Below are positions 18,614-27,820 of a stretch of 64,000 nucleotides of DNA, piece by piece. Origin of the DNA: a virus (Duplodnaviria > Caudoviricetes); IMG/VR virus record IMGVR_UViG_3300023055_000005. One strand, written 5' to 3'. Numbering within the stretch: position 1 is the first letter of the stretch; each line of letters begins with the position of its first letter. Position numbers and translations under genes: made by a program. Under the pieces are notes generated by a model. That model did not search any database. It saw only the letters and a list, made by a program, of their open reading frames with translations, and was not told the origin of the DNA.

Positions 18614-19644
18614 GACAGCAGCCTCCTCTTGGCATCTTCGTAATCGACCTTGGTAACCCACCATTCAAGACGGCTGGATCGGGGGTCGATTCGAGGGTAG
18701 CCTCGGTAGTTGAAAAAGGTCAGTTCGGCTTTGGTCAGGCGCTGCATCTTTTCTTCGCGAGTACCATCAAACATGTCGCTATTGAAGAAGCAGACCGTGG
18801 AGTTGAACTCCACCAACAGGATCGGATCGTAGGGCTCGTAACCAAGGCACTGGAAACGAACACTGATCTCCTTACTGTCCTGACTCATTGCCTGATCGGC
18901 ATTGAAGTTGAACACCGCGCCCAACGGATTTGCCGTGGGGAATGCGCCGGCACAGGCCGTGATACGCTGGACGTACTGGCGGGTCGGATCAAGCACGAGG
19001 CGATAGATTCGCGTCATGTAGTCGATCTCGTTTTCCAGCACCATCAGCGGATACGGCAGCATCGTGCCCTGCGTCACTTCTGCGATGTACTTCATCCACA
19101 CGTAATACAGCAATGTTATAGGGTCGCCTGTCACATTGCGGTAAGTTGCGTTAAGCGGGAAGGCTGAGAAGTCACGCGAGATGCCATCGGCCATCGTGTA
19201 AACTTCTCGGTGTGCACCCGGCTTCGAGGTGAACGTATCGAGCTCTTGATCAGGCCACCCCGTCAAACTGAGGAGGTGGTTGGTCAATGGCGTTATGAAC
19301 GCTTGCTTCGGATCGACCAGCGGAGTGTTTACTGCCTTTCGAGCGCCGGGGTCTTCAGGATAGTGACCCCACGGATCGAGCAAGCAGCGAATAGCCCGCT
19401 GGTAGCTGTATTCCTCCGGTGTCAACAGAGGAGTCAGCTGGCGACACGACGCTACATTGTCGTACGCAAGATTCAACAAAGGCCTGGTGAAAAAGATCAG
19501 ACCCTGATTGTCGGTATTCAGGGGAATCGGATTACCCAAGCCGCGATGGTTGATGCCGAACATCGCATCACTTGATGCCCGGCTGAAGGAACCAAGGCCT
19601 GATCCCTGAGCGATCAGGTTGATATCCTCTTGATATGTACTCAT
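18610..19644 (-). CDS. Tail-tube-fold/baseplate protein (gp88-like by synteny)
   Basis: FFTRPLLNL and LSLTGWPD motifs recalled from phiKZ-like homologs; divergent from the gp89-like gene. Confidence 0.65.
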   Translation of the reverse strand: MSTYQEDINLIAQGSGLGSFSRASSDAMFGINHRGLGNPIPLNTDNQGLIFFTRPLLNLAYDNVASCRQLTPLLTPEEYSYQRAIRCLLDPWGHYPEDPGARKAVNTPLVDPKQAFITPLTNHLLSLTGWPDQELDTFTSKPGAHREVYTMADGISRDFSAFPLNATYRNVTGDPITLLYYVWMKYIAEVTQGTMLPYPLMVLENEIDYMTRIYRLVLDPTRQYVQRITACAGAFPTANPLGAVFNFNADQAMSQDSKEISVRFQCLGYEPYDPILLVEFNSTVCFFNSDMFDGTREEKMQRLTKAELTFFNYRGYPRIDPRSSRLEWWVTKVDYEDAKRRLLS

Positions 19645-19679
19645 TTCTGTTTCAACCTCCGATAAAAGGGCTTTCCAAA

Positions 19680-21089
19680 ATGATTCTCAAATCGGTGCTG
19701 GCGAATACCGCGCTGAAGTTCGTGACCCAGTCGCTGCCATTCTTGATGGCAAAGAACAACAAGTCACTGATCGACGTCTCTGCTCCCACTCGCGTGGAGC
19801 CGGTCGTCCTGGTCGATTCGCGTCTGCAGTCTCAGCCCTACATGGGCGATGTCATGCAGTCGCTCACCTCGCTCTTCGCAGCGTACTACATGATGGCGGT
19901 AAGCCTGCGTGTCAACGTCGGACGTGTCGACGTGGTGCGCCTGTTGGAACCCCTGAATCCCAAGCGTGCTGGTCTTGGCACCAGCGCTGACATGCAGCGC
20001 GCCTCGGCGTACCTGATGTCGTCCATGGAATCCTACCGCTTCGGCCTGCCCTCGCCGAACCTGCCGGTTCCGGGTCTGGAAAGCTACGGCCTGGAAGCCG
20101 ACGACTACCAGAGCCAGCGCATGAAGCTGGACGAACGTCGCCTGGCCCTGGACACCCGTCGCTTCAACGCCGAACAGCAGCGTCAGCGTGAACAGCGCGC
20201 CGGCGAGCAGGACAAGGAATTCCAGAACCGTCTGCGTGATCAGAGTCGTGCTGACGCTGAAGCCCGCAAGCAGGAGCTGGAAGAATCCCGCTTCGCCGAC
20301 CAGCGCACGCGCGCTGATCGACGTGAGAAGCAGGACGCGCTTCGCCAGGCGGCGGAGGATGAACGTCGTGCAGCCGAAGAAGAGCAGCGTGATTTCGAAC
20401 GCTCTCAGCCCGGTGCGGAATTCTCCAACGTTGATGTGTTGAAGGACACCGCCAACCTGAGCGTCGGCAAGATGCTGGAAGTGTCGGTCACCGACAACGG
20501 TCAGACCGCTCGCTTCCCCATCCAGCTGCGTCTGATCGCCTCGCTGATCGCGCCCCGGAACCTGGTTCATATATTGGGCGACCTGTCCAAGAACATGACC
20601 ATCAAAGAGCGCTACCACATGTGGCGTTCGGGTCAGCTGGAGTTCGTCAAGGACATCGTCTTCTGCACCGACCTGATCGACAACCACCGTCGTACGCTGG
20701 CGCAGGATGGCACCCGGACCTACCGGAACATCCTGAAGACCCGCAACAACAACGGTCTGGCTGCGATCTTCCGTGGTAGCCCGTCGCTGGCCACCGCTTC
20801 GAACATGTGCGTGATGTCCGGCGACACCGTCAAGGAACTGGAGCGTGAGGCACGTGGCCGTCTGAGTGACAGCCGCTTCCGCCAGCGCATCTTCGAAGGT
20901 TCCTACCTGATGGTGCTGGTCGTGGTCGACGAGAAGTGGGAGAGCGTCACCTTCTACCATCGCGGCATCGACCTGCCGACGGAACTGAACCTGCGCGACA
21001 TCAAGGGCGCTTCCAAGGGTGGCAGCAGCACTGCTGACATCATGGAAATCTTCAAGGCCCTCAACAGCCAGAACGCCCCCTCCTTCTGA
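19680..21089 (+). CDS. Inner-body head protein (gp89-like) with charged insert
   Basis: TRVEPVVLVD N-terminal motif, GLES/GLEA sites, E/R/Q-rich central segment; start at ATG 19680 after an AAGGG SD. Confidence 0.7.
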   Translation: MILKSVLANTALKFVTQSLPFLMAKNNKSLIDVSAPTRVEPVVLVDSRLQSQPYMGDVMQSLTSLFAAYYMMAVSLRVNVGRVDVVRLLEPLNPKRAGLGTSADMQRASAYLMSSMESYRFGLPSPNLPVPGLESYGLEADDYQSQRMKLDERRLALDTRRFNAEQQRQREQRAGEQDKEFQNRLRDQSRADAEARKQELEESRFADQRTRADRREKQDALRQAAEDERRAAEEEQRDFERSQPGAEFSNVDVLKDTANLSVGKMLEVSVTDNGQTARFPIQLRLIASLIAPRNLVHILGDLSKNMTIKERYHMWRSGQLEFVKDIVFCTDLIDNHRRTLAQDGTRTYRNILKTRNNNGLAAIFRGSPSLATASNMCVMSGDTVKELEREARGRLSDSRFRQRIFEGSYLMVLVVVDEKWESVTFYHRGIDLPTELNLRDIKGASKGGSSTADIMEIFKALNSQNAPSF

Positions 21090-21107
21090 TCCAAGGAACA
21101 TCGGAAA

Positions 21108-22019
21108 ATGAAAGCCCTCGAATTTGTCCGGAGTCTCGGTGAGACCCTGCGACGCGATCAGATCACCGCCGCGCTGGCCGCGTTGGACAACGAAGTCAAC
21201 GAGGTGACCATCACCCCGTTCCAGCATGGCGTCAAAGTGCTGGAGGGCCGCGGCGGCTTCCGTAGCCGCGCGGTCCAAGAGGTCAGCAAGACCTTCCTGA
21301 ATGCCAATCGCGCCTGGGGTGAAAACTACCCCGTGCTGATGCTGCGCTTGATGGAGGAGATGCCCATGAAGGTGGACATGATCCTGCATTACACCAAGAG
21401 CAGCTTCAACAAGGACGTGACGCCGGAAGAGATGGATTACCGTCGTGCCGCGGTGCTTCAGTACCTCGGTGCGCTGGACTTCTTCGTCACCTACTCCCGC
21501 CATCTGTTGCTGTGGACCATCGACTGCGAAACCGCAGCGGCCCAGGGCAACGTGAATGAGCGTGGAGCATCGACGATGCCGCAGGCTGAACTGGAGATGC
21601 TCCAGAAGGGCCTGCCGGGCTTCATCGCGGTGTGCAAGCTGCTGGAGATCCCGGTCGCTGAAGTGGACCGTGCACTGAAGTCGATCCCGGACGCCGCCGT
21701 GCGTTCTGAGAACGATGATGCTCTGCGTCAGGGCATCGGTGCCAACAAGCTCGATCCGCTGCGCATGGACTTCCTGCCGCCGCGCTGGAACCCGTTCTTC
21801 CACATCCGTGCTGGTCTGGCCATGTTCTCGGCCAATCGCTACCAGGCCGCTGTGGAAGAGGCTCGCGCCATCGAGTACAGCCTGCTCAACCTGGAGCAGG
21901 TCTACGCTGGCCGCCAGTCCGATCCGGCTGCTGTCAAAGCACTGGGCTACACCCGCCGCCGTCTTCTGGACAAGCGCCGGGAAATCGCCAAGTACGAAGA
22001 CAAGTACCTCAACAACTAA
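21108..22019 (+). CDS. Inner-body head protein (gp90-like by synteny)
   Basis: KLDPLRMDFLP..NPFF motif; AAGGA SD. Confidence 0.7.
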   Translation: MKALEFVRSLGETLRRDQITAALAALDNEVNEVTITPFQHGVKVLEGRGGFRSRAVQEVSKTFLNANRAWGENYPVLMLRLMEEMPMKVDMILHYTKSSFNKDVTPEEMDYRRAAVLQYLGALDFFVTYSRHLLLWTIDCETAAAQGNVNERGASTMPQAELEMLQKGLPGFIAVCKLLEIPVAEVDRALKSIPDAAVRSENDDALRQGIGANKLDPLRMDFLPPRWNPFFHIRAGLAMFSANRYQAAVEEARAIEYSLLNLEQVYAGRQSDPAAVKALGYTRRRLLDKRREIAKYEDKYLNN

Positions 22020-22031
22020 GGAGAGTTACCG

Positions 22032-22541
22032 ATGGCAGCTCTCCTGATCTATCCCCGCCGCTACTTCCGCCGCGTTCCGACGGGCTCGGGTGTGATTCGT
22101 GTCAATGGTGATCCGGAGGTCAACAAGATCTTCGATGACTTCATGGCACAGAAGCTCAACACCCAGTCCTTCGCCAAGCGTGCAGAAGTGTTGGTCGTGG
22201 CCGGCCGTCTGCTCCACAACTTCGTGGAGTGGGCCAAGGACCAGCAGGCCAACGCAAACCTGCGGGGATACAACTACGACTTCCTGGTCGATACGGTCAA
22301 CTTCATCAATTCCGGCAAGCGAAAGATGTCGGCGGTGAACTGGCTGGATCTGGTCAACGAAGACGATTTCCCCACGCATGGGAACAATGTCGTTCGCGCC
22401 GTGCCCTTGGATTTGGGCATGTTTGAGAACGATTCGGCCTATGTTGTGACCAAGTGGTGCTCGCGTGATGGCGGCTTCGAGGACATGATTCTGTCATTGT
22501 ACCTCATCTTCGGCCGCAGCAGTCAGAACCGCAACGACTGA
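22032..22541 (+). CDS. Virion-module protein (gp91/92-like by synteny)
   Basis: GGAG SD; co-linear with the head genes. Confidence 0.7.
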   Translation: MAALLIYPRRYFRRVPTGSGVIRVNGDPEVNKIFDDFMAQKLNTQSFAKRAEVLVVAGRLLHNFVEWAKDQQANANLRGYNYDFLVDTVNFINSGKRKMSAVNWLDLVNEDDFPTHGNNVVRAVPLDLGMFENDSAYVVTKWCSRDGGFEDMILSLYLIFGRSSQNRND

Positions 22542-22737
22542 TCACACTAGACTAGCGCAAGCTATTCTATAGGGAAAATGCGCACCGCTGGAAACATGTG
22601 CGTATTTTTCACGAGTATTATTTGGACCTATTTTGTTGGTGCGCACCACTGGCAGAAACCCGCAGCAGGGAATGCTGTAACAGCTGTTACTCGCCGCGGG
22701 TCATTCCCCGGCACAACCCATATAGAAGGACATTGCA

Positions 22738-24069
22738 ATGAGCGTTCGCGACTTTTTCGCCTCCCTGGAATCGGAAGATGAGACCGGTGCAGAGCCGATC
22801 GAAGAAACCGGTGCCGACAGCCTCGAAGCCGATCTGACCGAAGTGGAAGAAGCCGGCAGCGAAGCCGACGCCGATGCCTCGGCCGTCGAGCAGCTGGAAG
22901 AAACCGCCGAATCCCTGGAATCCATCGCCCTGTCGCTGGAAGCCGACGCCCAGAACGGCGGCCTGGATCCGGTTGCTGCCCGTTACGCGCAGCGCGCCAT
23001 CGACTTCGCCCTGCGCCCGCTGGGCCCGTCGGCCAAGTTCACCCACGCCTCGCTCGAATCCTTCGGCGGCGACAGCTCCAAGCGTGATGCCACCCTGTCC
23101 ATGGAAGCCGACGTCAAGGCGTGGCTGAAGAAGGTCTGGGAAGCCATCAAGCGTGCCATCGCCAAGGTCCGCGACAGCATCAAGAAGCTGTTCATCAAGC
23201 TCTTCGCTGCTGCCCCGAAGCTGAAGCGCCGCGCCGAAGCCCTGCAGACCGCTGCCAAGGGCCTGGAAGGCGAGCCGAAGGAAAAGCAGCTGGTCATCCC
23301 CGGCAACGTCGCCTCCGGCATCGCCGTCGGCAAGGGCCTGACCTCGCTGTCCGACACCGCCAAGAACCTGCGCGAGCAGGGCGACTGGGTGTTCGACGAC
23401 TTCTTCAAGAAGACCTGGGCCTACGGCGAATCCTTCGCCTCGGCGCTGGCCGGCTGGAAGTTCGACAGCGAGAAGAACTTCGATGCCTCGGCCAAGGCCG
23501 TCGACACCCTGATCGGCGCCGTGCCGACCGTCGCCGGTGCCAAGGTCTCCTCGGGTGACAAGCGCTTCCAGGGTCTGGAAGTCGACCGTTCGGAAGCCCT
23601 GCCGGGCAACCAGGCCGTCTTCGTGACCTGCAAGAAGGCTGGTGCCACCCTGGCCTCGAAGATCGAGACCCTGGGCACCTACAACGTCAGCGTCCGTGAC
23701 TTCACCGCCACCCCGGTGGAAGTGAAGGAAGTGAAGCTGTCGGTGCCGAGCAAGCAGGAGCTGGAGAAGGTCGGCGAAGAAATCGCTGCCCTGGCCGGCC
23801 GCGTGACGAAGTACAACAACAGCTTCCAGTCGATCGACGCCCTGATCAACAAGGTGAAGACCGCTGGCGACCAGTTCTCGGCCGCTGCCGAGAAGTCGGA
23901 CAAGCTGACCGGCGAGAACAAGGCTTCGGCCCGCCAGATCCTGTCGGCGGCCAAGGCTTGCGCCAACGTGATCGACGCGCCGGCTGCGGCGATGACCCGC
24001 TACCTGATCACCACGGGCGCCAAGGTTCTGGCCCTGGGCGAGAAGGCTGCTGGCATGTACAAGGCCTAA
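22738..24069 (+). CDS. Abundant inner-body/ejection head protein (gp93-family paralog)
   Basis: Acidic propeptide with repeated SLES/SLEA/SMEA sites and the amphipathic WLKKVWEAIKRAIAKV helix; extreme codon bias. Confidence 0.8.
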   Translation: MSVRDFFASLESEDETGAEPIEETGADSLEADLTEVEEAGSEADADASAVEQLEETAESLESIALSLEADAQNGGLDPVAARYAQRAIDFALRPLGPSAKFTHASLESFGGDSSKRDATLSMEADVKAWLKKVWEAIKRAIAKVRDSIKKLFIKLFAAAPKLKRRAEALQTAAKGLEGEPKEKQLVIPGNVASGIAVGKGLTSLSDTAKNLREQGDWVFDDFFKKTWAYGESFASALAGWKFDSEKNFDASAKAVDTLIGAVPTVAGAKVSSGDKRFQGLEVDRSEALPGNQAVFVTCKKAGATLASKIETLGTYNVSVRDFTATPVEVKEVKLSVPSKQELEKVGEEIAALAGRVTKYNNSFQSIDALINKVKTAGDQFSAAAEKSDKLTGENKASARQILSAAKACANVIDAPAAAMTRYLITTGAKVLALGEKAAGMYKA

Positions 24070-24091
24070 TCGGCCTCGTAAGCGCTGATAG

Positions 24092-24127
24092 AGCCGAGGC
24101 CCCTCCGGGGGCCTCGGTTTTATATCG
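24092..24127 (+). terminator. Hairpin terminator
   Basis: agccgaggcccc/ggggcctcggtt followed by TTTATATC. Confidence 0.75.
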
Positions 24128-24148
24128 TCAACCAAGGAGAGTTCAATC

Positions 24149-25459
24149 GTGGATGATTACAAATCGTCCGACGTCGAAGCTTTCGCCGATGATGCCATTG
24201 CTCAGGCAGTGGTTGAAACCCGTGATCCCAATGTGGCCGTAGCGGAGGACGTTGTTGAAACGGCCTTCACTGAATCGGTTGCAGAGATCGATCGTGGGGC
24301 TGGTGAGCTGGATGACGTCAATCGCGCAATGGACCTTGCCGATGGGTTGCAGCGTCTGTCTCTGGTCACCTCCGATATCCAGGAAGCTACTCCCCACGAA
24401 GCTGCCCTCACCCAGATCGCTCTGGAGATGGCACTGGCTGGTACGGGTCGCTTGCCGGAGTCGCTGGCACCGGGGCTGGAAAGCAGCATCGGCTCGAAGA
24501 TCTCGATGGAAGGTGTGGGCGAGACCATCGCTCGTATCTGGCAGCGCATCATGGACGTCATCCGTCGTGTGCTGGCTTCCATCGCTGCATTCTTCCAACG
24601 CGCCATGGGACAGATCGCTGTCCTGAAGCGTCGTGCACAACGTATCGTCTCCCGTGCCAAGGCCGCCTCCGGGCAGCCGCTGGAGTCGCCGACCGTCGCT
24701 CTGGGCAGTGATGCCTATTCGCTGGCAGTGCAGGGGCGTCCCCCGGCAGCTGTGGGCCAGATCGATGCGGCGCTGCGTGAGATGACACGTCAGGGTGAGA
24801 TCCTGTTCCAGGTCTACCCCACTGCCATCAACGATACCCTGGGCAAGGTCAACGAAGCTCTGGGTGATTTCGCCAATGGTCGTGCGCAGCAGGCTGTGCG
24901 TGCGGTCAAGTCCGGCGAAGACATCTTCGATCCGTGGAAGATGGCTACCAAGTTCCGTACCTCGGTTCCCTTTGCTGATCCGCGCTTTGAGCCGGGTACT
25001 GCCAAGGTGGTTCGTGGTCTGCCTGGTGGCTGGGGTCTGGTGTTCGTTGCGGCAGGTCATCAGGGCGCTGGCATGCAGTGGGTCCGTACGGTCTCCGATG
25101 CACAGCAGCCCAGTGGCACCGAGACCATGGCGACGATTCCTGCACAGCAGTGCAACTCGTTGGCTGAACGTGTCTTTGACATGCTCACCTTCGTGGAGAA
25201 GGTCGAAGGCGGCAACTTCTTCCAGAACATGGAGAAGGCCTTCGGTGAACTGGATCGACGCGGCAAGCAGGTGATGTCTGCCACTGAGGCAGAGAAGAAC
25301 CCGCAGGCCAGTGGAGCCAAGAAGGTGCTGTTGGGCTTCCTGTCCAACTTCACCCATCGCACCATCGGTCCGATGAGTCAGTTCCTGGGCCACTTCATTG
25401 TGGTCTGTCGTTCGGCCATGTCCGTCATGGAACGTTCGCTGGCTCTGCATCAGCGTTAA
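24149..25459 (+). CDS. Head protein, gp93-family paralog
   Basis: GLES/SMEG sites followed by IARIWQRIMDVIRRV; AAGGAG SD. Confidence 0.75.
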   Translation: MDDYKSSDVEAFADDAIAQAVVETRDPNVAVAEDVVETAFTESVAEIDRGAGELDDVNRAMDLADGLQRLSLVTSDIQEATPHEAALTQIALEMALAGTGRLPESLAPGLESSIGSKISMEGVGETIARIWQRIMDVIRRVLASIAAFFQRAMGQIAVLKRRAQRIVSRAKAASGQPLESPTVALGSDAYSLAVQGRPPAAVGQIDAALREMTRQGEILFQVYPTAINDTLGKVNEALGDFANGRAQQAVRAVKSGEDIFDPWKMATKFRTSVPFADPRFEPGTAKVVRGLPGGWGLVFVAAGHQGAGMQWVRTVSDAQQPSGTETMATIPAQQCNSLAERVFDMLTFVEKVEGGNFFQNMEKAFGELDRRGKQVMSATEAEKNPQASGAKKVLLGFLSNFTHRTIGPMSQFLGHFIVVCRSAMSVMERSLALHQR

Positions 25460-25466
25460 CTGGTAT

Positions 25467-25505
25467 GGGGAGACCCTTCGGGGTCTCCCCCTATGTCGCT
25501 ATGCC
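25467..25505 (+). terminator. Hairpin (TTCG loop) followed by TATGTC and TATGCC
   Basis: ggggagaccc/gggtctcccc stem. Confidence 0.8.
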
Positions 25506-25528
25506 CTAAAACCATGATTCAAATAAGT

Positions 25529-25553
25529 TTCACCCCTATATCACCCATGTGAG
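25529..25553 (+). promoter_or_regulatory. Phage (putative early) promoter copy 4
   Basis: TTCACCCC-TATATC-ACCCAT-GTGAG. Confidence 0.8.
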
Positions 25554-25618
25554 CGTCGAGTTCATTTTCGGCGTTAATCCCAACCAAAGATTCACCACCC
25601 TGAAACAAGGAGCTTCAC

Positions 25619-26005
25619 ATGTCCAAGAATACCCCCGTCCGTGACGTCAACACCGCTGTCAACCTGCTCCGCGCCGCTGCCCTGGCCAACATCAACGGCG
25701 AGCTGCTGCCGAAGCTGATCAAGGATCTGTCCGAGAACGACTCGGTGACCGTCTCCGGCAACCTGATCGACCGCGCCACCTTCGATGCCGCCATGGGCGA
25801 AATCAACGCATCGCTGATGCTGACCGACGGCCACGCCGCCGGCCTGGAAGCCTACACCGGCGAAGCCGCTGAAGAAGGCATGGGCTGGGTCGGCAAGACC
25901 ATGATCGCTGGCGTTGTCGTCGGTGGTCTGGCCGGTCTGGCCTACTGGTACTTCAACCGCGACGGTGCCGTCGACGGCGCGCTGTTCGGTGGCCGCGGCT
26001 ACTAA
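25619..26005 (+). CDS. Tail-anchored membrane protein in a single-gene unit
   Basis: AAGGAG SD; C-terminal TM TMIAGVVVGGLAGLAYWYF. Confidence 0.8.
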   Translation: MSKNTPVRDVNTAVNLLRAAALANINGELLPKLIKDLSENDSVTVSGNLIDRATFDAAMGEINASLMLTDGHAAGLEAYTGEAAEEGMGWVGKTMIAGVVVGGLAGLAYWYFNRDGAVDGALFGGRGY

Positions 26006-26020
26006 GCCGATTGCCAGCCG

Positions 26021-26076
26021 GACATAGTCTCCACTCCCCTACGGGGGAGTGGAGCTACAGGTAGTCTTTTTTTTGT
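26021..26076 (+). terminator. Hairpin with GACATA flank and T-tract
   Basis: ctccactcccc/ggggagtggag stem. Confidence 0.8.
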
Positions 26077-26110
26077 CGATGTTATGACCCACGCCTAGAA
26101 AGAGGCTGAC

Positions 26111-27820
26111 ATGCCCAGCGGTTCCATCACGATCGACGAGACCTACGACAGCATCAGCCGTCCTGTGGTTTATGATGTCGTCCGCCAGATCCAGAAGCTC
26201 ACGGGCGCTCCGATCGGCACCACCATTCAGTACATCGGTGTATCCGGTGCAAGCTACATGAATGGCTCGACCCTGACTCCAGCCGAAGAGTTCAACACCT
26301 TCTCCCATGCAAACAAGATGCGTGTGGAAGTGGTGGAGGACGTGGACGAGCGTTCATTCCTGACCATGAACACGCACCAGAAAAATGCCATCGCAATCTT
26401 CAGCGATCAGACATTGGGTGTGTTGGTGTATCCGATCTACTCGGCTACCATGGCCAAGATCAACTTCCAGTTCCGTGCAGAGAATGCCACCATCGCCGAA
26501 CGCTTCCGTAATGACCTGCGCATGCGCACGGCCAAGGGGCGGATGGAAAACCTGCACGTCATCGACTACAGCTACTCCTTCCCCAAAGAGTTCCAGTACA
26601 TCCTTTCCCGTATCTACGATCTGCGCGAGACGCAGGCTGGCTACGGACAGGAGTTCGAGGAGTATCTGGAAGAGCACGGCACCAACAAGCTGACTGTGGT
26701 CGTCAATCAGGCTGGTGAACAACCGCGCTTGGTGATTGCCGAACAGCAGATTCAGGTGCAGGGCTGGTTCGAGTTCTCCGCGTTGCCCGATCATCCCACC
26801 AAGGATGGTGAAGCCTCTGCGGTGCAGTTCGACTTCAGCTACGTCTTCCAGTACGACAAGGTCACCGGTGCTCACATCGAGTACCCGATGGTCGTGCACA
26901 ACAGCGTGATCCCTGAGGACATTCGTCCTGACATCAGTGAGGGCATCTACTCGCCCACTCAGCACAACCGAGCTCAGTCGTTTGACACGCTGGCGCTGGA
27001 GCAGTTCAGCAAACTGTTCCGTCCTGAAGGTTGCTGCTTGGATGGCGTGGTGTTGCCCAACTTCGATGACTGGGTTCCGCGTCGTGTTCCGCTGGATACT
27101 TCTTCGATCCTCACGCTGATGATCGCAGCCAGTCCTGAGTCCGACCGCAACCTGGGTAACCTGAACGAACTGGGTTACTGGAAGATCGACGAAGACCTCA
27201 TGGCCTTCATGATCGCTGAGCGTCGCCACATTCCCTTCCTCGGCAAGTCGCTGGTACACATGTGCCTGTTTGAGGGCAACATGCCTCTGACCGATGGGGC
27301 CGTGTCACTGGAGGAGGATGGCTGCGCTATCAAGCGGCTGGAGATCGACATGCGCAAGGTCTACCACCTGCGTCTGTCCATGGTCAACCAGTTGCAGCGC
27401 ATCGCTCCGGAAGATTGGAACCGCATGCGTAAGCATGGCAAGGCTGTGGTCAAGCTGCTCACCCAGATCCAGTGCGGCTTTGCTAGCGGTGCGTGGATTC
27501 CTGAGCTGCTGCCCAATGGCTCGGTTGCCATGCGTGACATCGAGATCATCATCAAGCGCGTGCAGTTGCAGCGCGGCAATCACTTCAACGGCGTGGAGCA
27601 CGTAATGCTCACCGTTGGCAACTACACGCTTGTAACCTGGAGAAAAGAAGATGTCCTTCGTAACGGGACCGAATCCGGAGAAAGCTCCTCCGAAACCGAC
27701 CCTTCAAAAGACTGGGGCAGTCGTGACGAATCCCGAGTATCGCGGTGTGACGGTGAATACCCGACACGTCCCGAGCTCTTCCCTGCTGACCTACGTCAGC
27801 GGCCAAAGCTGGATCGTTGA
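26111..27820 (+). CDS. Virion structural protein (gp98-like by synteny)
   Basis: 569 aa; GAGG SD and TATG upstream; last 170 nt overlap the next gene. Confidence 0.7.
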   Translation: MPSGSITIDETYDSISRPVVYDVVRQIQKLTGAPIGTTIQYIGVSGASYMNGSTLTPAEEFNTFSHANKMRVEVVEDVDERSFLTMNTHQKNAIAIFSDQTLGVLVYPIYSATMAKINFQFRAENATIAERFRNDLRMRTAKGRMENLHVIDYSYSFPKEFQYILSRIYDLRETQAGYGQEFEEYLEEHGTNKLTVVVNQAGEQPRLVIAEQQIQVQGWFEFSALPDHPTKDGEASAVQFDFSYVFQYDKVTGAHIEYPMVVHNSVIPEDIRPDISEGIYSPTQHNRAQSFDTLALEQFSKLFRPEGCCLDGVVLPNFDDWVPRRVPLDTSSILTLMIAASPESDRNLGNLNELGYWKIDEDLMAFMIAERRHIPFLGKSLVHMCLFEGNMPLTDGAVSLEEDGCAIKRLEIDMRKVYHLRLSMVNQLQRIAPEDWNRMRKHGKAVVKLLTQIQCGFASGAWIPELLPNGSVAMRDIEIIIKRVQLQRGNHFNGVEHVMLTVGNYTLVTWRKEDVLRNGTESGESSSETDPSKDWGSRDESRVSRCDGEYPTRPELFPADLRQRPKLDR

